From assembly GCA_964016885.1 (NCBI GenBank), contig OZ024755.1, positions 42,904,001 to 42,968,000 on the forward strand: a DNA stretch of 64,000 bases. Direction: 5' to 3'. The notes under the pieces are model-generated. The model did no database searches. It was not told the DNA's origin and saw only the letters and a list, made by a program, of their open reading frames with translations. Of this stretch, positions 27,651 to 39,610 are shown piece after piece. The position numbers and the translations under genes were made by a program. Source of the stretch: Eledone cirrhosa. Its lineage: Eukaryota. Each line of letters opens with the position of its first letter. The stretch's first letter is position 1.

Positions 27651-27872
27651 AGCATGACTCTTGTACAGGTCAGACTGCATGTGTTTTATTGTGAAATAAG
27701 GGAGCAAGTGTCAAGCTACATGTTGCTTGAGGAGGGAGTTTCGTCACAATAAATTGGTATGTTAATATCATCCCTAAGGAAGGAGCTTCATTTTTCTTGT
27801 GTTTTTTCTCTTCTCTTTCATTTTCTAATCTGTTTATATTTTCCTTTTTGACCAAAGCCAAACAAAATGTGG

Positions 27873-30410
27873 TGGAGGTCAACCAGGGAGGGGTTCCTCC
27901 AACAGGAGTGGGAAGACCCTGGATTGGAGGTCAACCAGGGAGGGGTTCCTCCAACAGGAGTGGGAAGGCCCTGGATTGGAGGTCAACCAGGGAGGGGTTC
28001 TTCTAACAGGAGTGGGAAGGCCCTGGATTGGAGGTCAACCAGGGAGGGGTTCTTCTAACAGGAGTGAGAAGGCCCTGGATTGGAGGTCAACCAGGGAGGG
28101 GTTCTTCTAACAGGAGTGAGAAGGCCTGGATTGGAGGTCAACCAGGGAGGGGTTCCTCTAACAGGAGTGGGAAGGCCCTGGATTGGAGGTCAACCAGGGA
28201 AGGGTTCTTCCAACAGGAGTGGGAAGTCCCTGGATTGGAGGTCAACCAGGGAGGGGTTCCTCCAACAGGAGTGGGAAGTCCCTGGATTGGAGGTCAACCA
28301 GGGAGGGGTTCCTCCAACAGGAGTGGGAAGTCCCTGGATTGGAGGTCAACCAGGGAGGGGTTCTTCCAACAGGAGTGAGAAGTCCCTGGATTGGAGGTCA
28401 ACCAGGGAGGGGTTCTTCCAACAGGAGTGGGAAGTCCCTGGATTGGAGGTCAACCAGGGAGGGGTTCCTCTAACAGGAGTGGGAAGTCCCTGGATTGGAG
28501 GTCAACCAGGGAGGGGTTCCTCCAACAGGAGTGAAGTCCCTGGATTGGAGGTCAACCAGGGAGGGGTTCCTCCAACAGGAGTGAAGTCCCTGGATTGGAG
28601 GTCAACCAGGGAGGGGTTCCTCCAACAGGAGTGGGAAGTCCCTGGATTGGAGGTCAACCAGGGAGGGGTTCCTCTAACAGGAGTGGGAAGTCCCTGGATT
28701 GGAGGTCAACCAGGGAGGGGTTCCTCTAACAGGAGTGGGAAGTCCCTGGATTGGAGGTCAACCAGGGAGGGGTTCTTCCAACAGGAGTGAGAAGGCCCTG
28801 GATTGGAGGTCAACCAGGGAGGGGTTCCTCCAACAGGAGTGGGAAGGCCCTGGATTGGAGGTCAACCAGGGAGGGGTTCCTCTAACAGGATTGAGAAGGC
28901 CTGGATTGGAGGTCAACCAAAGAGGGGTTCCTCTAACAGGAGTGAGAAGTCCCTGGATTGGAGGTCAACCAAAGATGGGTTCCTCTAACAGGAGTGAGAA
29001 GGCCTGGATTGGAGGTCAACCAGGGAGGGGTTCCTCCAACAGGATTGAGAAGGCCTGGATTGGAGGTCAACCAAAGAGGGGTTCCTCTAACAGGAGTGAG
29101 AAGTCCCTGGATTGGAGGTCAACCAAAGATGGGTTCCTCTAACAGGAGTGAGAAGGCCCTGGATTGGAGGTCAACCAGGGAGGGGTTCCTCTAACAGGAG
29201 TGAGAAGTCCCTGGATTGGAGGTCAACCAGGGAGGGGTTCCTCCAACAGGAGTGAGAAGTCCCTGCATTGGAGGTCAACCAGGGAGGGGTTCCTCTAACA
29301 GGAGTGGGAAGGCCCTGGATTGGAGGTCAACCAGGGAGGGGTTCCTCCAACAGGAGTGGGAAGGCCCTGGATTGGAGGTCAACCAGGGAGGGGTTCCTCT
29401 AACAGGAGTGAGAAGTCCCTGAATTGGAGGTCAACCAGGGAGGGGTTCCTCTAACAGGAGTGAGAAGGCCCTGGATTGGAGGTCAACCAGGGAGGGGTTC
29501 CTCTAACAGGAGTGGGAAGGCCCTGGATTGGAGGTCAACCAGGGAGGGGTTCCTCCAACAGGAGTGGGAAGGCCCTGGATTGGAGGTCAACCAGGGAGGG
29601 GTTCTTCCAACAGGAGTGGGAAGGCCCTGGATTGGAGGTCAACCAGGGAGGGGTTCCTCTAACAGGAGTGGGAAGTCCCTGGATTGGAGGTCAACCAGGG
29701 AGGGGTTCCTCTAACAGGAGTGAGAAGGCCTGGATTGGAGGTCAACCAGGGAGGGGTTCCTCTAACAGGAATGGGAAGTCCCTGGATTGGAGGTCAACCA
29801 GGGAGGGGTTCCTCTAACAGGAGTGAGAAGGCCTGGATTGGAGGTCAACCAAAGAGGGGTTCCTCTAACAGGAGTGATAAGTCCCTGGATTGGAGGTCAA
29901 CCAGGGAGGGGTTCCTCTAACAGGAGTGGGAAGGCCTGGATTGGAGGTCAACCAAAGAGGGGTTCCTCTAACAGGACTGAGAAGGCCCTGGATTGGAGGT
30001 CAACCAGAGAGGGGTTCTTCCAACAGGAGTGGGAAGGCCCTGGATTGGAGGTCAACCAGAGAGGGGTTCTTCCAACAGGAGTGGGAAGGCCCTGGATTGG
30101 AGGTCAACCAGAGAGGGGTTCTTCCAACAGGAGTGAGATGTCCCTGGATTGGAGGTCAACCAGAGGGGTTCTTCCAACAGGAGTGAGAAGTCCCTGGATT
30201 GGAGGTCAACCAGGGAGGGGTTCCTCCAACAGGAGTGGGAAGGCCTGGATTGGAGGTCAACCAGAGAGGGGTTCTTCCAACAGGAGTGGGAAGGCCCTGG
30301 ATTGGAGGTCAACCAGGGAGGGGTTCCTCTAACAGGAGTGAGAAGGCCCTGGATTGGAGGTCAACCAGGGAGGGGTTCTTCCAACAGGAGTGGGAAGGCC
30401 CTGGATTGGA
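27873..30410. repeat. 52-bp minisatellite (~49 units)
   Basis: Unit GGAGGTCAACCAGGGAGGGGTTCCTCCAACAGGAGTGGGAAGGCCCTGGATT, with 50/51-bp variants. Confidence 0.97.
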
Positions 30411-30875
30411 TATTAGATTTACATACCCTGGGCAACAAATCATTTAAGATTAAAAATAGAAATATATGCCTGGTTTAGTACTCTTCATACCAACCCTGTC
30501 AAAAATTTGCTCTTCTTATACCCTACCCACTTTAAAAGTACATATTTAAATTGAAATCTGACATAATTTTATATAAAAAACATTTTAAGTTACTATCTCT
30601 GTAGTGAAATAACTTTAGTAAATCCCTCAAATTTCTTCCTTAATTAATTGAAATAGTGTATTTTATTAGAAATATGGCCATGAAAGGGTTGATTGAAGCC
30701 ACAAAATATACTGCTGGTTCTTTCATGAAAAATATTAAAAAAAATCTATTAAAATAAGATTATTGTGAAGAGTTATATAGATTTACATAACACCAGAATG
30801 TTGGGAATAATATAACAGAGTTATGTCCCCTAGATAACAAGCCTGAAAGGTGTTTAGCCATAAGTCAAACCTGAT

Positions 30876-32030
30876 TATAATAATAATAATAACAATAATG
30901 AAATTATTGTGTACAATGCTCAGGTGCACTACAACTCATCAAAGGTGCATGTATAGTACATAATATAATGTACAAATGTCAAGAAAGTGAACAGTGTATG
31001 AGTCATGATATACACACAGATACATGCGTGCGTGTGTTTGGGGAGGAATATCAGGTAGTTTTAGGAAGCATGAAGGTTTTAAAGGATGTAGTGTCTCAAC
31101 AATTAACAACTGATGCAGGTAGTTGGTTCCATGCTTCAGGAACTCTGAGTGTGAAAAAATGTTTCTGAAATTCATGGGAGCTGTGTTCTTTCCTGTCTTT
31201 GTAGGCATGGCCACATGTGTTAGACACATGGAATTCAAAAAGGTGCTCAGGGTTGTTGGAAAGATGGTTAATAATTTTATCGGTGTCTACCATGTCAGTT
31301 GCCAGACATCAGAGCTTCAATGTATTCATGCTCAGGGAAGCAAGGCGTTCAGAATATGGTAGATGCCTGATGGAGGGTATTCGCTTGGTTGCACGTCTCT
31401 GAACAGTTTCCAGGCAGTCAATATACTGAGCAAGATAGGGGTTCTAGACTGGTGATGCAAAATCTAAGTGTGGCTGAACCATAGCTATATATAGCCTTAA
31501 TTAGATAGCTGGAGAGCGGCTGACAAAGGTCTTGCTGAGTGATGCTAAGACACCCTCGGCCTTCTTGACAATTTTAGAGATACGCTTTGTCCAACGCAAA
31601 TCGCTGTTGACAATAATGCCCACGTCATGTTCACAAAAGGACTTCTTGATATCAGTGTTGTGGAGGGATGATGTGGATGCTAGGTTTTTCCTCCCAAAAT
31701 GCATGGTGATACACTTGTCCACAGCTAGCTTGAGTTGCCAGTCTGTGATCCATTGCTGCATTGTGTCCAGGTCTGATTGTAGGAAAGAGTTATAGATTTC
31801 AGGATCTGTCCTTTTGATTTCAAGGTACAGCTTGATGTCATCTCCTTATTTCAGTACTGTGGCATTCTTTAAGTTGGCATCTATGTCATTAATATATGCA
31901 ACAAACAAAAGAGGACCAAGAACAGATCCCTGTGGTACACCAGATGACATCTCATATGGTGAAGAATGCTGTCCTAGAACCATGACTACCTCTTTTCGGC
32001 CAGTTATAAAGATTATCTCTCACACCCATT
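30876..32030 (-). mobile_element. Degenerate CR1/L2-group LINE, same family as 5840-6780
   Basis: MSSGVPQGSVLGPLLF, MQQWITDWQLKLAVDKC, FFTLRVPEAWNQLP; same 3' UTR GAGTTGTAGTGCACCTGAGCA and (ATT)n tail; frameshifts. Confidence 0.9.
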
Positions 32031-32425
32031 GCAGAGAGTTTTGCCATAAGTCTTTTGTGTGGCACTTGAAGATATATGATGAAATCCACATTTCTTTGAC
32101 GGGTGGAAAAGCATAGTTGCAACTACATTATCCAATGGGTCCTTCCTTTTTTCTTTTAAAGATAACAGTTTGAAGGAGATTTGACTGCTATTTCTAGCAC
32201 GTTTGACGATAACTGATTGTAAACTCTGACATGGAGAACTGAAAGGGTTGTGACAGTTCTTAATTGGAGCTACTGTCCTCTTATACAGCTTAGAAGACTA
32301 TATCTCCCTCAGATACCATTCCAGGCTTCTACAGCAAGACACCCTTCATAATGCCAACCACTTTACTAAGTCTACTGTATTTTATTTCATATCCTTCATG
32401 TGGTTGTATACATCATTGTCGGCGT

Positions 32426-32438
32426 TATCATCATCACC

Positions 32439-32470
<32 letters not shown>

Positions 32471-32551
32471 CACCATCACAACCATCATCACCATCATCAT
32501 CATCACCATCATCATCACCATCACAACCATCATAACCATCATCATCATCAT
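32426..32551. repeat. (CAT/CAC)n trinucleotide repeat
   Basis: Directly visible. Confidence 0.95.
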
Positions 32552-32616
32552 TTAATGGCTGTTTTCCCTGTTAGCAAGGATTGCACATATCACCACAGAT
32601 CAAGTTAGTAATTCCC

Positions 32617-33472
32617 AGGTACCTGCATCTCATTAATATATGTTAATTAGGTACCACTTAGGGTACCTGCATCTCATTAATATATGTTAATTAGGTACCA
32701 CTTAGGGTACCTGCATCTCATTAATATATGTTAATTAGGTACCACTTAGGGTACCTGCATCTCATTAATATATGTTAATTAGGTACCACTTAAGGTACCT
32801 GCATCTCATTAATATATGTTAATTAGGTACCACTTAGGGTACCTGCATCTCATTAATATATGTTAATTAGGTACCACTTAGGGTACCTGCATCTCACTAA
32901 TATATGTTAATTAGGTACCACTCAGTGTACCTGCATCTCACTAATATATGTTAATTAGGTACCACTTAGGGTACATGCATTTCACTAATATATGTTAATT
33001 AGGTACCACTTAGGGTACCTGCATCTTACTAATATATGTTAATTAGATACCACTTAGGGTACCTGCATCTCACTAATATATGTTAATTAGGTACCACTTA
33101 GGGTACCTGCATCTTACTAATATATGTTAATTAGGTACCACTTAGGGTACATGCATTTCACTAATATATGTTAATTAGGTACCACTTAGGGTACCTGCAT
33201 CTCACTAATATATGTTAATTAGGTACCACTTAGGGTACCTGCATCTTACTAATATATGTTAATTAGATACCACTCAGTGTACCTGCATCTCACTAATATA
33301 TGTTAATTAGATACCACTCAGTGTACCTGCATCTCACTAATATATGTTAATTAGGTACAACTTAGGGTACATGCATTTCACTAATATATGTTAATTAGGT
33401 ACAACTTAGGGTACATGCATTTCACTAATATATGTTAATTAGGTACCACTTAGGGTAGCTGCTAATATATGT
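32617..33472. repeat. 44-bp AT-rich minisatellite (~19 units) with internal dyad symmetry
   Basis: Unit GGTACCTGCATCTCATTAATATATGTTAATTAGGTACCACTTAG; period 32661->32705. Confidence 0.95.
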
Positions 33473-34354
33473 TCCGTGCACTCTGCAGAGTGCACTGGTG
33501 CATTTGATTGTGGCACTACACTGGGAAGGCTGTCGTGTCTTTGACACAACTGAAGAGTCGACCCAGATCTTTGATAATTTTTCTATGGTTTGATGCCCTT
33601 CCAATCTCCAATTATTTTACTGGGGAATAATAAATATATTATGGGTAAGTGATAATAGGTGGGTGGAGGGAAATAATTTTAAGTAAGAACCTTTGTTAAG
33701 TTAGGTTCCAGGCACCAGCTTAATAATGGATGAAGTTATACTAATAAATCTGTCTAATTTTTTATTATTTTCAAAATGATTTGAAAATCATAGGCAGTGT
33801 CTTTCATTAGAAATATAGAAATGAAGGTTTAACAGAACTTATTTAAAAACTAATTTTAACATCCGCTTTCCCATAGACCAAGTCAGTACTGAAGCAAGGC
33901 TACTGATTTCTGAGACAGGCCAGAGATCTCAATTACATTCTACCAAGTGCACAGGAAAGGTTGTCATGTTTTTGACTCAACAAAAGGGTCTTCCTAACCT
34001 TTAGTTTAGCAAGCTTTCTATAGCTGGATACCCTTCCTATCAGCAACTACTTTACAGCATGAATTGGGTGCACACGACTGAAGGTTCTACAAGAAAGACA
34101 TGGCTAAAGATGATGGAGGGGAAATGAAAACTGAGGGAATGCAAAATGGTGAATGTTATCATGGAGCCCTCAAGGTTAAATTTTACTGCAGCAGGGAAAA
34201 TGATCTTCAATGGTTTTGTTGTGTTATTGCTATTGTCTTGTTTTTCTGATCTAATAGGATCAGAGAGACACAGAAGAAGACAGCATATTTTCACAGGAAA
34301 TTTTAAGATTCAACAAGAACCTCTAGGATAATAATTCTTAACCTTCTTCTATCA

Positions 34355-34497
34355 CAGCACCCCTTGAGACATCCAGCACCACAGGCATCCAGCATCCCAG
34401 ATATCCAGCACCACAGGCATCCAGCATCCCAGATATCCAGCACCACAGGCATCCAGCATCCCAGATATCCAGCACCCCAGGCATCCAGCACCCCAGA
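34355..34497. repeat. 32-bp minisatellite made of 16-bp subunits (~4 units)
   Basis: CAGCACCACAGGCATCCAGCATCCCAGATATC. Confidence 0.9.
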
Positions 34498-34564
34498 CAG
34501 AAAATATCCAATGAAAATATTTAAATCTTTATTGTAACTTCTGCTGTGGCTTCTTTTCTGCCCC

Positions 34565-35181
34565 TGACAACTGGTTCTAGCAGCCCCAGGTTAACAACCA
34601 CAGATCTAGGGGTAACATCTGGTTCTAGCAGCCCCAGGTTAATAACCACAGATCTAGGGGTAACAACGGATTGTAGCAGCCCCAGGTTAACAACCACAGA
34701 TCTAGGGGTAACAACGGATTGTAGCAGCCCCAGGTTAACAACCACAGATCTAGGGGTAACAACGGATTGTAGCAGCCCCAGGTTAACAACCATAGATCTA
34801 GGGGTAACAACTGATTCTAACAGCCCCAGGTTAACAACCACTGATCTAGGGGTAACAACTGATTCTAACAGCCCCAGGTTAACAACCACTGATCTAGGGG
34901 TAACAACTGACAACTGGTTCTAACAGCCCCAGGTTAACAACCACAGATCTAGGGGTAACAACTGACAACTGGTTCTAATAGCCCCAGGTTAACAACCACA
35001 GATCTAGGGGTAACAACTGACAACTGGTTTTAACAGCCCAAAGTTAACAACCACAGATCTAGGGGTAACAACTGGTTCTAACAGCCCCAGGTTAACAACC
35101 ACAGATCTAGGTGTAACAACAGACAACTGGTTCTAACTGTCCCAGGTTAACAACCACAGATCTAGGGGTAACAACAGACAA
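34565..35181. repeat. 48/55-bp minisatellite (~12 units)
   Basis: Unit CAACTGGTTCTAGCAGCCCCAGGTTAACAACCACAGATCTAGGGGTAA; later units gain a 7-bp CAACTGA duplication. Confidence 0.93.
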
Positions 35182-35565
35182 CCTTATGTGAGGACCAACA
35201 GCTGTGTATCATAAAAGACTGACACACTAAAATAGTTGAAAGGTCAACATGATTATTGTGACAGGTTTACCTCACCCCCACCACCACATATACACCAAAC
35301 ATCTGCTGAGTCACAGACATCACCCTCTCCTCCTCCCCACCGCTGGCTTACAAATCCCAGTTTCAGGTCCATTGGGGACCATATGAATCCTGGATATCAA
35401 TTTCAATACATATTTGTATATGTGTGTGTATATACATCTCTCTCCCTCTGTATATATATATATATATATGTGTGTTTAATGGTAGCTATGATGCTTCCAT
35501 AGGCAGTATGCCAGTTGAGCACTCTATGTTCTTACAGAGCAGAGTGTGCTATAATATAAAGTGAC

Positions 35566-35995
35566 AAATCAATGATGCATCTGGACTCACTTTATTGTGT
35601 GTTACAAGTGTTTCGCTGGCAGACAGCTCGAGACACGATTAATGTATGGATCTGTCTGATTCTAGAACTGCAGGTTCGTCGGACACTTGCAATAATTTCG
35701 GAACAAATTTTCTCACTGAAGTTTTAGCTTAAAAAAACATCTTCCTTGCTTGTCCTGGTGTTGGCTGTTGTTTTTCTACGTCATCATAAATTTTGGCCAA
35801 CAGGAGGACAAGTGAGGAAAATGTTTTTTGAAGCTAAAACCCCAGTGAGAAAATTTGTTCCGAAATTATTGCAAGTGTCCGACGAACCTGCAGTTCTATA
35901 ATCAGACAGATCCATACAATGATCGTGTCTCGAGCTATCTGCCGGCGAAACAATTGTAACACACAATAAAGTGAGTCCAGATGCATCACTGATTT
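35566..35995. repeat. Inverted pair of ~200-bp arms (35566-35765 / 35796-35995) with a 30-bp spacer; probable Penelope-like pseudo-LTRs
   Basis: Arms are diverged reverse complements; each carries a hammerhead-like motif followed by AATAAA. Confidence 0.8.
35875..35962 (+). ncRNA. Degenerate type I hammerhead-like motif with long stem II; mirror copy at ~35599-35686 on the minus strand
   Basis: GTGT | CCGACGA | long stem II | GAAA | CAATTG | TA | ACAC; U4C change and mismatches at the base of stem II. Confidence 0.5.
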
Positions 35996-36024
35996 TTCGT
36001 TTCATATATTATATATATATATAT

Positions 36025-36146
36025 ATAGGAAAAAGTATGACCCCGACGGCAGAGCTCAAGCCGTTTCGACGGCTATTTCTAGTTAGTCCAGAAATAGCCT
36101 GTCGAAATGGCTTGACCTCTGCCGTCGGGGTCATACTTTTTCCTAT
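36025..36146. repeat. ~120-bp palindrome
   Basis: ATAGGAAAAAGTATGACCCCGACGGCAGAG...CTCTGCCGTCGGGGTCATACTTTTTCCTAT. Confidence 0.9.
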
Positions 36147-36220
36147 TACCCACTCTACTACCATAAGTATTGAGTACTCTGGTGCGTTATGATCCATCTG
36201 GTTCCTTACCACACCTTCGT

Positions 36221-36223
<3 letters not shown>

Positions 36224-36267
<44 letters not shown>

Positions 36268-36580
36268 ATATATATATGTGTGTGTGTGTATATATATATA
36301 TATGTGTGTGTACATATGTGTGTGTGTATATATATATGTGTGTGTGTGTATATATATATATGTGTGTGTGTGTACATATATGTGTGTGTATATATGTATA
36401 TATATATATTGTATGCGTGTGTATATATATGTATGTGTAAAGTATATATATGTATATATGTGTAGATATGTATGTGTGTGTATATGTATATGTGTGTGTA
36501 TATATATGTATGTGTGTGTATATATATATGTATGTGTGTGTTTATATTTATGTATGTGTGTTTATATATATATATATATA
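36224..36580. repeat. (TA)n/(TG)n microsatellite
   Basis: Directly visible. Confidence 0.95.
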
Positions 36581-37258
36581 TAAATTAATATATGATAAAC
36601 ATTTACGTTTTTTTTTGCAATTGACAATAAATAGCTAGAATGAAATATCTTAATTCAAATACATATAGTCTGCCTGTACCGATCTAAAAAATAATAAATC
36701 AATACTCACAAACACATACGGGCCTTGGTACCTAGACACGTTTAAATTTCAAAATACAAACTTTTTCCGCAGATCAGTCCAAACTTCGAAATTTAAACGT
36801 GTTTCACAAAGGATGGTATAATAGTGAAATAATTAATTAATTAGTAGTGAGTTAATTAATTTTCTGTGCTTATCAATAGGTACCCAGATAAATTAAGTAA
36901 CTTCACCTCGGAAAAATATCTAAGGTCTGGTTAACGTAGCGAAAATACACGAGGTTTTGCACACGACTTATTCCAATCCTCTAGCCTCCCACACTCATAG
37001 TGTTAGAAATAACAGCCGTTTATATGGGATTACAAATTCAGCTCAACTGAGGGAGCAGTAATATAATATAACTTAGAGTTTACACTCAATGGGGTCATTT
37101 ACAATTATTTTGCCCGTATGTGTTTGTGAGTATTGATTTATTATTTTTTAGATCGGTACAGGCAGACTATATGTATTTGAATTAAGATATTTCATTCTAG
37201 CTATTTATTGTCAATTGCAAAAAAAAACATGTAAATGTTTATCATATATTAATTTATA
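36579..37258. mobile_element. MITE/foldback-like unit: ~145-bp inverted repeats (36579-36723 / 37112-37258) around a ~390-bp non-coding core
   Basis: Arms are almost exact reverse complements; TA at both outer ends; no ORF inside. Confidence 0.6.
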
Positions 37259-37292
37259 CTGCTCAGAAGCGATTCTTAGAGCTAAAATAATT

Positions 37293-37392
37293 GTATATAT
37301 ATATATGTATTTATGTGTGTATATATATATATACACACATAAATACATATATATATATACACACACATACATATTTTTTTTATATTTATGTA

Positions 37393-37431
<39 letters not shown>

Positions 37432-37514
37432 TTATGTGTGTATATATATATATATATATGTCTGTGTGTATGTATACGTATATGTGTATTTGTATATGTA
37501 TGTGTGCTTGTACG

Positions 37515-37542
<28 letters not shown>
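37293..37542. repeat. (TA)n/(TG)n microsatellite
   Basis: Directly visible. Confidence 0.95.
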
Positions 37543-37546
<4 letters not shown>

Positions 37547-37732
37547 AAACTTAGACGGGGAACAAAAACAGAGAGGCAGTACAAATAAGAGTTTATTAGG
37601 TTCACACATTTGAAAGAGGGCACAAGCTCTTCATCAAGAGAAAAGTGGGTTGGTAGAGAGTTTCGAGGAGTGGTGGAGAGACATTTATAAAAAAGGGGGG
37701 AGAGAGAAGGGAGGAAAAACGATTGAAGAGGT

Positions 37733-38400
37733 ACACCACCACACCACCACCACATCACCACCACCACACCACCACACCACCAGACACCACACCACCACAC
37801 CACCACCACCTACCACACCACCAAACCACCACCACACCACCACACCGCCAGACCCCCCCCCTCACTCACCACCATACCCCCCCATCTACCACACCGCCAC
37901 GACCTCCCCCTACCAAACCCCCCCCCACACCACCTACCACACCACCACACCACCACCTACCACACCACCACACCGCCACACCAACACATCACCACACAAC
38001 AACCTACCACACCACAACACCACCAACCACCACACCACCACCAACCCCACCACCCCTACCACACCACCACACCATCATGCCACCAGACACCACACCACCA
38101 CCTACCACACCGCCAGACACCACACCACCACACCACACCACCACCACACCACACGACCACCACCACACCACCACCACACCACCACACCACCACACCACAC
38201 CACCACCACACCACACGACCACCACCACACCACCACCACACCACCACACCACCACACCACACCACCACCACACCACTACCACACAACCACACCACACCAC
38301 CACACCACCAAACCACGACACGACACCACCACCACACCACAAACCACCACCACACCACCACCACACCACCGCCACACCTCACCACCACCACCAACACAAC
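37733..38400. repeat. (CAC/CACAC)n low-complexity tract
   Basis: Directly visible. Confidence 0.95.
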
Positions 38401-38484
38401 AATACTATACACTCTATAACCACATGGTGTAGCAACCTCAGCCCTTAATTCTAACACCAATATCGCTTTAACAGTGTTTCTACT

Positions 38485-39490
38485 AGAGTATATTGTGTTC
38501 ACCATGCCCCACCCCTAAGAGAGTATCTTGTATACACCAAGCCACAACCCAAGAGTGTATATTGTTTACACCAAGCCCCACCCCTAAGAGAGTATATTGT
38601 TTACACCAAGCCCCACCCCTAAGAGAGTATATTGAATTCACCAAGCCCAACACCTAAGAGAGTATATTGTTTACACCATGCCCCACCCCTAAGAGAGTAT
38701 ATTGTATACACCAAGCCCCACCCCTAAGAGAGCATATTGTATACACCAAGCCCCACCCCTAAGAGAGTATATTGTATATACCAAGCCCCACCCCTAAGAG
38801 AGTATATCGTATACACCAAGCCCCACCCCTAAGAGAGTATATTGTATACACCAAGCCCCACCCGTAAGAGAGTATATTGTATGCACCATGCCCCACCCCT
38901 AAGAAAGTATATTATAAACACCAAGCCCCACCCCTAACAGAGTATATTGTATACACCAAGCCCCACCCCTAAGAGAGTATATTGTATACACCAAGCCCCA
39001 CCCCTAAGAGAGTATATTGTTTACACCAAGCCCCACCCCTAAGAGAGTATACTGTATACACCAAGCCCCACCCCTAAGAGAGTGTATTGTTTACACCAAG
39101 CCCCACCTCTAAGAGAGTGTATTGTATACACCAAGCCCCACCCCTAAGAGAGCATATTGTATACACCAAGCCCCACCCCTAAGAGAGTATATTGTATACA
39201 CCAAGCCCCACCCCTAAGAGAGTATATTGTATGCACCAAGCCCCACCCCTAAGAGAGTGTATTGTTTACACCAAGCCCCACACCTAAGAGAGTATATTGT
39301 ATACACCAAGCCCCACACCTAAGAGAGTGTATTGTTTACACCAAGCCCCACCCCTAAGAGAGTATATTGTATACACCAAGCCCCACCCCTAAGAGAGTGT
39401 ATTGTTTACACCAAGCCCCACCCCTAAGAGAGTATATTGTTTACACCAAGCCCCACCCCTAAGAGAGTGTGTTGTATACACCAAGCCCCA
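38485..39490. repeat. 35-bp minisatellite (~28 units)
   Basis: Unit AGAGTATATTGTATACACCAAGCCCCACCCCTAAG; period 38591->38626. Confidence 0.96.
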
Positions 39491-39610
39491 TGCCGAACCT
39501 ACTTTCCTTATATTTTTCTTCATTTTTCATTTTCATTTTCTTTTATCCCTCTTTTACAAACCTCTGACCAACAGACCTCCCCCCTAGTAGAGCACCACAC
39601 CCTTTCATCT

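Noticed and set aside
27867-30478. Repetitive ORFs in the 52-bp array
   Set aside because: Unit length is not a multiple of 3, all frames cycle, and indels and stops occur freely
32351-32608. Poly-His ORF
   Set aside because: (CAT/CAC)n microsatellite, probably a retroposon tail on the minus strand
34055-34130. Possible exon after TTTACAG
   Set aside because: Reads as a decayed RTE C-terminal remnant (…RKTW…) with stops
37650-38505. Thr/Pro/His-rich mucin-like ORFs
   Set aside because: Low-complexity CAC tract open in several frames; no splice or signal-peptide support
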